A stretch of DNA of 64,000 bases from Acidimicrobiia bacterium (GTDB lineage Bacteria > Actinomycetota > Acidimicrobiia > Spongiisociales > Spongiisociaceae): the NCBI GenBank assembly GCA_041576165.1, contig JBFGLM010000014.1:26577-90576 (forward strand). The letters run 5' to 3'. Positions 56,884 to 64,000 of the stretch are shown one piece after another (position 1 is the first letter of the stretch; each line of letters begins with the position of its first letter). A program made the position numbers and the translations under genes. The notes beneath the pieces are model-generated. The model worked only from the letters and a program-made list of their open reading frames with translations, made no database searches and had not been told where the DNA came from.

Positions 56884-57009
56884 GCCGCCACAGTAGTGCG
56901 GAACGTCTGCGAGCCTGCCCTCGAGTCCGCCGGGCGTCAACAGACGTCTTGCCGTTGGCATACCGCGCCAGCGGGTCCGTTGCCTGTGCGGCGCGATATC
57001 GTTGTCCAC

Positions 57010-57489
57010 ATGCGCCGCTGGGTCCGATTCTGGCCTGCTATCGCCGTCTGGTTCACCTTGGTGAGCTGTGGGGCGGACGCGACATCCGAGGCGTCCGCGA
57101 CGGCACCGGCCCCGAGTGAGGCGGCGATTGCCACCTCGAGCAGCAGCGCGGCGCCGGCGTCGACCGGAGCAGGGAGCGTGCAGGCGTGTGCCGATGTGAT
57201 CGATGGCACGATCCAGGTGTTGAGCGGTGGCAGCTTCCGCTTCGACGCCACGGTGCGGTCCGGTGACACTGGGTGGGACAAGTATGCAGATGCGTGGGAG
57301 GTTCGCCAGGTCGACGGAACCGTACTCGGCGTGCGGGTGCTGGCCCATCCTCACGAGACGGAGCAGCCGTTCACCCGATCCCTGTCGCCGGTAGATATAC
57401 CTCCAGATGTCGATCAGGTCGTCGTCGCGGCGAGCGATTCGGTCAATGGATTCTGTGGCGAAACCCTGACGCTGGACGTGCCGCGCTGA
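57010..57489 (+). CDS. Conserved hypothetical lipoprotein
   Basis: Lipobox LVSC; DTGWDKYADAWEV..RVLAHPHETEQPFTRS. Confidence 0.8.
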   Translation: MRRWVRFWPAIAVWFTLVSCGADATSEASATAPAPSEAAIATSSSSAAPASTGAGSVQACADVIDGTIQVLSGGSFRFDATVRSGDTGWDKYADAWEVRQVDGTVLGVRVLAHPHETEQPFTRSLSPVDIPPDVDQVVVAASDSVNGFCGETLTLDVPR

Positions 57490-58035
57490 TCAAGCTTCGT
57501 CGAGGCGGGGTATGGCGGTGTCGATGACCGGCGTGTCCTCGGTGGGCTCGCCGGCCGACTTGAGCGGTGCAGGAATCAGCAAGACGGGCAACCTGGAGTT
57601 CTGTGTGACCTGCATCGAAACACTCATCCACGCCGCTTCGGTGAACAGTTTGCGGGTTGCCCCCATGACGATCAGGTCTGCCTCATGTTGGGTTGCCACA
57701 TCAACGATGCCGGCCCCGGCGTCACCACCTTCGATGAACCTCGACATGGCCTCGACCCCGCGGGCGCGGAGAGCGCTCACTACCGGCTCGACCAGGCGTT
57801 TCCCCCGCTCTTCGATGTAGCTGGTCACGTGCCGGTCATCGGGGGTGATATCGGCTTCGAGTTCTTCGTCGAACGGCCGCCATTCTTCGGAACGAAGTTG
57901 GTCGAGAAAGGAGCGGGGCGCTTCGACGACGGTTACAACCAACACCGAAGCTTCGTTGCCGGCTACGAGACGCTCCACGAAGTCGGCGACCGGTTCCGGT
58001 GGCAGAACGCCGGCGGTCGCAATCACGATGCGCAC
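57490..58035 (-). CDS. Universal stress protein
   Basis: MRIVIAT, IVDVA..ADLIVMGA, SVS..V..SRLPVLLIP. Confidence 0.85.
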   Translation of the reverse strand: MRIVIATAGVLPPEPVADFVERLVAGNEASVLVVTVVEAPRSFLDQLRSEEWRPFDEELEADITPDDRHVTSYIEERGKRLVEPVVSALRARGVEAMSRFIEGGDAGAGIVDVATQHEADLIVMGATRKLFTEAAWMSVSMQVTQNSRLPVLLIPAPLKSAGEPTEDTPVIDTAIPRLDEA

Positions 58036-58203
58036 GGCGTCAATCTAGGCAGGTTGCGGGAACATACGCGCCGTCAACTGCTGGGTATTTCCCGCTCAAG
58101 GACGGCGTGTCCGGGCCCATCGTGCACCCAGCAAGCAGTGAAGAAACGAGAAACTCGGCTACCCGCCGGGAAGGATCAGGACTCCCGCGGCGTAGCATTG
58201 AAC

Positions 58204-58899
58204 ATGATGACCGGATACGAAGGAATGACCGTGATGGTGGTTGACGACGAACCGATGGTTCGTGAGGTGGTCACCAATTACCTCGAACGCGACGGCTTCT
58301 CGGTAGAACCCGTCGCCGACGGACATGAAGCGCTGCGCCGACTCGAGGAGTCCCTACCCGATTTGGTGGTGCTCGATGTGATGCTGCCGGCCGTGGACGG
58401 CCTGTCGGTCCTACGCTCAATCCGGCAACGCAGCGACGTCCCGGTCATCCTGCTCACGGCCCGAGGGGAGGAGTCAGACCGCGTTCTCGGTCTCGAACTC
58501 GGCGCCGACGACTATGTGCCAAAGCCATTCTCGCCCCGAGAGCTCACTGCCCGGGTGCGGTCGGTGCTGAGGCGGGCGGCGCCGCGTTCGGATGTGGACC
58601 AACTCGAATTCGGCGACCTCACCATCGATGTCACGAAACGTGAAGTTCGAGTCGGAGGCCACCTGGCGGACCTGACCCGGAGGGAATTCGAACTGCTGCT
58701 GTTCATGGCGATGTCGCCCCGCCAAGTCTTCACCCGGTCCCAACTACTGGAGCAAGTGTGGGACTCATCGGCCGATTGGCAGGATCCGGCGACGGTCACG
58801 GTCCACGTGCGGAGACTCCGCCAGAAGCTGGAGAAAGATCCGCAGAACCCCCGGTGGATAGCCACCGTTTGGGGGGTCGGCTACCGGTTCGAGCCGTGA
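58204..58899 (+). CDS. OmpR-family response regulator
   Basis: VVDDE, LDVMLP, LTARGEESDRVLGLELGADDYVPKPFSPREL, LTRREFELL, TVWGVGYRF. Confidence 0.95.
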   Translation: MMTGYEGMTVMVVDDEPMVREVVTNYLERDGFSVEPVADGHEALRRLEESLPDLVVLDVMLPAVDGLSVLRSIRQRSDVPVILLTARGEESDRVLGLELGADDYVPKPFSPRELTARVRSVLRRAAPRSDVDQLEFGDLTIDVTKREVRVGGHLADLTRREFELLLFMAMSPRQVFTRSQLLEQVWDSSADWQDPATVTVHVRRLRQKLEKDPQNPRWIATVWGVGYRFEP

Positions 58900-60080
58900 C
58901 CACCACAGTTCGCGTCCTTCTGGTTGTTGGCGGTGGGCTCCTCATCACCGAGCTGGTGATGACTCCGTCCTGGGCGGACCGGTGGAGTTTGCTGGCGATT
59001 TACCTGGGGGCGGCCGTCGCCACGCTGGCGGTTGCCTGGTTTCTGCGGCGCTTCTACCTCCCACGGGTCAAATCGCTCCGCACGGCGGTGTTGGCGGTGG
59101 CGGTGGCTGCCGTGTCCGTGGCGGCGGTCAGCGTTGCCCTGTCGTCGGGTTTCATGTTCTTCTCCGCCCACGATCTACGTCTGCTGGGCGTGGCGCTGGC
59201 CCTGGGCTTCGGCCTCGCAGTGGTCATGTCCATTGCGGTCACCAGGCCGCTGGCCGACGATCTCCGCTCACTGGCCGATGCGGCCCGCCACGTGGCGGAA
59301 GGCGATTTGAGCACTGCGACGGAATCGGCCCGCTCGGATGAGGTGGGGACGGTGGCGGCCGCCATGGACGGAATGATTGAACAACTACGAGACAACGAAG
59401 CGGCCCGAGCCCGAGCCGAGGCCGCCCGCCGGCATTTCCTGGCTGCCGTGAGCCACGACCTACGGACGCCGCTCGCGTCGATTCAGGCCGCGGTGGAGGC
59501 GCTCGAGGATGGCATGGTCGATGACCCGGACCGCTACTACCGGGCGATGCAGGCCGACATCGGGCTGCTCCGCAGCTTGGTGGATGACCTGTTCCTGATG
59601 ACTCGGCTCGAGGCCGGTGATGCAGCGCTGGACCACGTGCCCGTGGATCTCGCAGAACTCGCCGACGAGGCGGTGGAGGCCATGACGCCGATCGCCGCTC
59701 GGCGCCAGATTTCCTTGGAGCTTTCGTCACCTGATGGGGTGCATGCAGTGGGTTCACCGACTGCCCTCAGCCGGGTGATCCGGAATCTGTTGGACAACGC
59801 CATTCGCCACGCACCGTCGGCCAGCAAAGTGTCGGTCACACTCGCCAACGGCGATTGGGCTTCGGTGAAGGTCACCGACATGGGTGACGGCTTTGACCCA
59901 GCGTTCATAGACGAAGCGTTCGACAGCTTCCGGCGCGATGATCCCGCCCGCACGAGGGCCGCCGGCGGCGCCGGTCTCGGCCTCGCCATCGCCAAGGGAG
60001 TGGTTGAGGCACACGGCGGCCGCATCTGGGCCGAACCCGGCCCAGGTGGTCGGGTCGGGTTCGAGATCCCCAACGCCTGA
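58896..60080 (+). CDS. HAMP-containing sensor histidine kinase
   Basis: Multiple TMs, HAMP, VSHDLRTPL, NLLDNAIRH, D.GDG, GAGLGLAIA. Confidence 0.95.
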   Translation: MTTTVRVLLVVGGGLLITELVMTPSWADRWSLLAIYLGAAVATLAVAWFLRRFYLPRVKSLRTAVLAVAVAAVSVAAVSVALSSGFMFFSAHDLRLLGVALALGFGLAVVMSIAVTRPLADDLRSLADAARHVAEGDLSTATESARSDEVGTVAAAMDGMIEQLRDNEAARARAEAARRHFLAAVSHDLRTPLASIQAAVEALEDGMVDDPDRYYRAMQADIGLLRSLVDDLFLMTRLEAGDAALDHVPVDLAELADEAVEAMTPIAARRQISLELSSPDGVHAVGSPTALSRVIRNLLDNAIRHAPSASKVSVTLANGDWASVKVTDMGDGFDPAFIDEAFDSFRRDDPARTRAAGGAGLGLAIAKGVVEAHGGRIWAEPGPGGRVGFEIPNA

Positions 60081-60154
60081 TAGACGGCCGTGCGCCGCTC
60101 GGGAGCGGTTGATCTGTCCGACTACGCTCGGGGAACCCAGCAACGGAAGGTTTG

Positions 60155-60661
60155 ATGCCCGAGCCCTCAGACGAACTCCTGAACAAGGTCACCTGGAGGA
60201 TTCCGAACGCTCTGGCGTTGATCGGCTCACGAGCAGGCGACGAATGGAATGGCATGACCGCTTCCTGGATCACCCAGGTGTCCATGGAGCCAGTACTGGT
60301 GGGTGTCGGTATCGAAAACAAGGCCGTCACACACCGCCTCATCAGCGATGGCGGATCGTTCACCGTGAACCTGTGGTCGCCGGAGGACACGCGACCGTTC
60401 GTCAAGTTCTCGAAACCGGCCACCAAGGTGGACATGACGCTCAACGGGCAGCCGATTCGAGAGGGCGTGACCGGCGCTCCGATATTCGAAGCCGCCATCG
60501 CCTGGATGGAGTGCGAGGTGCGCCACGCGCAGGATTTCGGTACTCACACGTTCTTCGTCGGAGAAGTCGTTGACGCGGGTGTGAACAACGACGAGACCCG
60601 GGCTGCCGCGATCAGCGATACCCGAATGAAGTACGGGGGCGTCAAGCGCGGCGGCCACTGA
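60155..60661 (+). CDS. Flavin reductase family protein
   Basis: NGMTASWITQVSMEP, TGAPI, AWMECEV, GTHTFFVGEV. Confidence 0.9.
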   Translation: MPEPSDELLNKVTWRIPNALALIGSRAGDEWNGMTASWITQVSMEPVLVGVGIENKAVTHRLISDGGSFTVNLWSPEDTRPFVKFSKPATKVDMTLNGQPIREGVTGAPIFEAAIAWMECEVRHAQDFGTHTFFVGEVVDAGVNNDETRAAAISDTRMKYGGVKRGGH

Positions 60662-60664
60662 CTG

Positions 60665-60820
60665 CCCAGGGCGACGGCCCTCTGGAGTGAGCGGCGCGTT
60701 CGGATGTTGGCTTCTAGCGTGCGGCATGAGCCCTCCTCGTGAGTTGTGAGTCGCTAACCCACAATCTCGCTTGGAGGGCTCACTCCATCCCCCCAAGGGA
60801 CAACGTCCCCGGTTGTCACA
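60665..60820 (-). mobile_element. IS481-family left-end remnant
   Basis: Terminal TGTGACAACCGGGGACGTTGT, GAGCCCTCC/GGAGGGCTC hairpin and truncated ORF MPHARSQHPNAPLTPEGRR resembling the IS481 transposase N-terminus. Confidence 0.7.
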
Positions 60821-60859
60821 GCTAGCCTGCGGCCCGGCATCATGGTTGGGAGGAACTGC

Positions 60860-61630
60860 GTGGATGCACGGGTTGACGGCAAAGTCGCTCTGATCACAGG
60901 TGCAAGTCGGGGAATAGGCGAGGCCATTGCCGCCGGGTTCTTGGCGTCCGGCGCCAAGGGCGTGGTGGTGACGGGCCGCAAACAGGAGAACCTCGACGCG
61001 GCGGTGGCCCGGCTGGGAGAAGCAGATCGGGTCCAGGCCGTCCAGGCCAGAGCCGATATCGAGCCGGACGCTGCCCGGGCGGTGAGCGAAGCTCTGGACC
61101 GGTTCGGATCGTGCGACATCCTCGTGAACAATGCCGGCACCAACGCGGCCCCTGGCAACCTGGTGGACGTCGATCTGGCCGCGATCGACAAGACATGGTC
61201 GGTCAACCAGCGTGGTCCGCTGGTGATGACCCAGGCGGCGTGGCGGGGATGGATGCGTGACCACGGCGGCGTTATCTGCAACACGGCATCCGTCGGCGGG
61301 ATCAGGCCTGGACCATTTCTCGGCGCCTACAACATCTCCAAGGCCGCCTTGATCTTCATGACCAAGCAGCTGGCGCTGGAGCTGGCGCCGTCTGTCAGAG
61401 TCAATGCAGTCGCACCTGCGGTGGTGAAGACGAGGCTGTCCGAGATCCTGTGGAAAGGCGACGAGGCGGCCGCCGCCGCCATGCACCCGTTGCAGACATT
61501 GGGAGAGCCGGTCGACGTAGCCAATGCGGTGGTCTTCATGTGTTCAGATCAAGCTCGGTGGATCACAGGCGTCACACTGTCCGTCGATGGAGGCGCCGCC
61601 AATGCGTCGAGTACGGTGGGGCCGATCTAG
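60860..61630 (+). CDS. Short-chain dehydrogenase/reductase
   Basis: ITGASRGIG, LVNNAG, YNISK, VNAVAP, ITGVTLSVDGG. Confidence 0.95.
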   Translation: MDARVDGKVALITGASRGIGEAIAAGFLASGAKGVVVTGRKQENLDAAVARLGEADRVQAVQARADIEPDAARAVSEALDRFGSCDILVNNAGTNAAPGNLVDVDLAAIDKTWSVNQRGPLVMTQAAWRGWMRDHGGVICNTASVGGIRPGPFLGAYNISKAALIFMTKQLALELAPSVRVNAVAPAVVKTRLSEILWKGDEAAAAAMHPLQTLGEPVDVANAVVFMCSDQARWITGVTLSVDGGAANASSTVGPI

Positions 61631-61666
61631 ACCGGCCCCTCGTAGCCCAGTGAAGGGACCGAGGAC

Positions 61667-62026
61667 GTGAAGATTCCAAAGCCGACCGACGAGGACAAGG
61701 CGTTTTTCCGCTCGCTGGTGCCGGCGGCGCCGGGGGTTGAAGTGAAGCCGATGTTTGGCAATCTGGCTGCGTTCGTCAACGGCAACATGTTCATGGGCTT
61801 GTTTGGGCCCGACGTCGGTCTCCGGTTGGGCGGCGAGGACATGACGGAGCTGGCCGCCGTTGTCGGTTCTGGTGCGTTTGGCCCGGAGGACCGCCCGATG
61901 AAGGAGTACGTCTCGATACCGAGAGACTGGCGGAATGATACGGCGCGGGCCGGTGAGTGGGCGGAGCGGGCGCACGATCACGTCGCCGCAATGCCTCCGA
62001 AGGTCAAGAAGGCCAAGAAGAGTTAG
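61667..62026 (+). CDS. TfoX/Sxy N-terminal domain protein
   Basis: KPMFGNLAAFVNGNMFMGL, RPMKEYV. Confidence 0.85.
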   Translation: MKIPKPTDEDKAFFRSLVPAAPGVEVKPMFGNLAAFVNGNMFMGLFGPDVGLRLGGEDMTELAAVVGSGAFGPEDRPMKEYVSIPRDWRNDTARAGEWAERAHDHVAAMPPKVKKAKKS

Positions 62027-62049
62027 AAACCGGCCCCCGTCGCCTGGTC

Positions 62050-62541
62050 TTACCAACCCCAGGTGCCGGCGGCGCCTTTGAATGGGCCGACGACATCCGA
62101 GGTTATCCACCCGCCGTAGAAGTCGCCCTCCTGGGGTGTAACCCGCTCTCCGTCGACCCATGCCTCATCCACCCGGCCTGCATAGAAACTGAGATGGCCG
62201 GTGAGTGCCGCGTACGTCGGGCGGGGGGACGGATACGACCAGGCGGCACTGGGCGAGACATCGTCTCCGACCCGGATCGACCAGTACACGGCCGATCCTT
62301 TCCATTCGCAGACGGTCGTCTGTCCGGCAACGGGTTCCATCAACTCGAGACGTACGTCATCCGGTGGGATGTAGTACGCAGGAGGGTGGCTGGTCTCCAG
62401 GATGCGCCAGCATGAAGACGAGTCGGCAATCACCAGTCCGCCGAACACCACCCGGATTCGTTTGGATGTGCGCTCCAGAGCTGGCGGACGCGGATAGTCC
62501 CACACCGATTCCTGGCCGGGAGCTGGGTCAACCCTTCGCAT
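62050..62541 (-). CDS. DUF427 domain protein
   Basis: ESVWDYPRPP, LETSHPPAYYIP, CEWKGSAVY, AAWSYP, GDFYGGWIT. Confidence 0.92.
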   Translation of the reverse strand: MRRVDPAPGQESVWDYPRPPALERTSKRIRVVFGGLVIADSSSCWRILETSHPPAYYIPPDDVRLELMEPVAGQTTVCEWKGSAVYWSIRVGDDVSPSAAWSYPSPRPTYAALTGHLSFYAGRVDEAWVDGERVTPQEGDFYGGWITSDVVGPFKGAAGTWGW

Positions 62542-62581
62542 GAAGCGAGATCGTACATCAGCCGGCCGGTCACGGGTTGGT

Positions 62582-63448
62582 GTGGCCGATTGCGCGCCGG
62601 GTAGTGTCCCACGGATCAACGGTCTGCCAGAAGAGATCAAGCACCATTACACGGCCGAGATCGCCGAGGATCTCCGCATCCGTCACGGCGCCGGTCGGCT
62701 GGAGCTGGATCGTGTCCAGGAGATCGTCCGGCGTCATCTGCCGGCTCGACCAGTGAAGATTCTCGATGTGGGCGGTGCGTCTGGAGTCCATACTGAGTGG
62801 CTGCTGGACGACGGCCATCAGGTGCATCTCGTGGACCCGCTGCCGATGCACGTCGAGCAGGCTCACGCCCGCCTGGGCGGGCAGACCGGGTTCACGGCGG
62901 AGGTGGGTGATGCCCGAGCGCTACCAGCCGGCGATGGGATGTACGACGCGGTGTTGTTGTTTGGCCCTCTCTATCACCTCACGTCGCGCCATCACCGGGT
63001 GCTGGCCTGGCGAGAAGCATCCCGCACGGTCGGCCCTGACGGGTTGGTGTTCGGGATGGGAATCAGCCGCTTCGCCTCATTGATCGATGGGCTGGCGCGG
63101 AGCTTCATCTTTGACAGCGAGTTCCGCTCCATCGTGGCAGAGGACCTGGCTTCGGGTCAGCACCGAAATCCAACCGGACGGCCCGAATGGTTCACGACCG
63201 CCTATTTTCACCGTCCTGAGGAGTTGGCGGAGGAGGCCGAATCAGCGGGCCTCGTCGTTGAGGCGCTCGTGGCGGTGGAAGGGTTGGCGGCTTGGCTTCC
63301 GGGCGTAGCCGAGCGGTGGCCCGATCAGGCGGATCGCAAGGTCATCTTGGATGCGGTGCGATCAGTTGAATCGGAGGGGAGCCTGCTCGGCGCCAGCCCC
63401 CACGTCATCACTGTCGGTCGGGTGGGCCCACCGACGTCTGGCGGGTGA
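62582..63448 (+). CDS. Class I SAM-dependent methyltransferase
   Basis: ILDVGGASG, GDARAL, DAVLLFGPLYHL, FTTAYFHRP; start uncertain. Confidence 0.88.
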   Translation: MADCAPGSVPRINGLPEEIKHHYTAEIAEDLRIRHGAGRLELDRVQEIVRRHLPARPVKILDVGGASGVHTEWLLDDGHQVHLVDPLPMHVEQAHARLGGQTGFTAEVGDARALPAGDGMYDAVLLFGPLYHLTSRHHRVLAWREASRTVGPDGLVFGMGISRFASLIDGLARSFIFDSEFRSIVAEDLASGQHRNPTGRPEWFTTAYFHRPEELAEEAESAGLVVEALVAVEGLAAWLPGVAERWPDQADRKVILDAVRSVESEGSLLGASPHVITVGRVGPPTSGG

Positions 63449-63496
63449 GCCCGCCTCGGGGTTGGAAACCGACGATATCCTTGGGTCGGAGGTGGG

Positions 63497-63799
63497 ATGG
63501 ACGCGCCCGACCGGATTGAGGTCCGCACCAAGAGCGATCTCATAGTGGAGTGGCCCGATGGCGAGCGAAGCGTGATCACCGCCCGCGTGCTCCGTGCCGC
63601 GTGTGGGTGCGCGACATGCCACAACGAGGATGGCGGCGCGCTCCGGGCGGCCAATCGGCCGGCTGCCGTGACGATTGAATCGGCCAGCCTCGTCGGCGCC
63701 TACGGCATCAACCTCGAGTTCGGGCCCGACGGCCACCGTACGGGCATCTTCGACTGGGTGACGTTGCGGGCGCTGGCACGAGAGTCGCCGGACGCGTGA
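63497..63799 (+). CDS. DUF971 / GBBH-like N-terminal domain protein
   Basis: W.DG..LRAACGCATC, VGAYGI..F..DGHRTGIF.W..LR. Confidence 0.88.
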   Translation: MDAPDRIEVRTKSDLIVEWPDGERSVITARVLRAACGCATCHNEDGGALRAANRPAAVTIESASLVGAYGINLEFGPDGHRTGIFDWVTLRALARESPDA

Positions 63800-63896
63800 G
63801 CAGAGGTAGAGCCGGTCCCGGGTCACGGAGGCGGCGGCACCATACCGGCGGGCAGCCGCGCGGTGATGCGTATCGCGGGATCCGACCGCCCCGCGC

Positions 63897-63998
63897 TCAA
63901 CCGACCGGGGTCTTCGCCTGATTGGTCACCATGGTCCCGCCCATGATCGAGCGTGCGTTGACGGCCAGGGCCGGCGCATCCGACAGCAGATCGGCCTG
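63897..63998 (-). CDS. C-terminal end of a gene running off the window, possibly LiaF/DUF2154-like
   Basis: ...DAPALAVNARSIMGGTMVTNQAKTPVG*; only 33 residues visible. Confidence 0.4.
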   Translation of the reverse strand, partial: QADLLSDAPALAVNARSIMGGTMVTNQAKTPVG

Positions 63999-64000
63999 AC

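Noticed and set aside
1-64000. tRNA, rRNA, prophage, integrase or intact transposase
   Set aside because: No cloverleaf, rRNA-like stretch or phage/integrase motifs recognised by eye; a covariance-model scan would be needed to exclude small RNAs

Overview
High-GC actinobacterial chromosome segment; the gene content and style suggest Acidimicrobiia (inference). 1-9.9 kb is the core nusA-infB-DUF503-rbfA-nrnA-truB-ribF-rpsO-pnp cluster, with no ylxR and with low-complexity tails on NusA and PNPase. The rest is a mixed accessory/housekeeping region. It holds a split SOS mutasome (imuA-imuB at 13.9-16.0 kb, dnaE2 at 34.6-38.0 kb, each behind an identical perfect LexA box), three DNA glycosylase-like genes, and two ECF sigma/anti-sigma modules with candidate secreted targets. 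It also holds a transmembrane SARP-nSTAND1-BMP receptor-like regulator, a SLOG + nucleoside-deoxyribosyltransferase-like fusion (candidate defence/nucleotide signalling gene), tadE/tadG and tasA-like/sipW surface-fibre genes, amino-acid catabolism genes, and a two-component system. Damaged loci are an aroQ-hydrolase fusion broken by an in-frame TAA, a frameshifted membrane-protein/HTH pair and an IS481 left-end remnant. No rRNA, tRNA, CRISPR array or prophage was seen. All family calls come from motif recognition by eye, not database searches.
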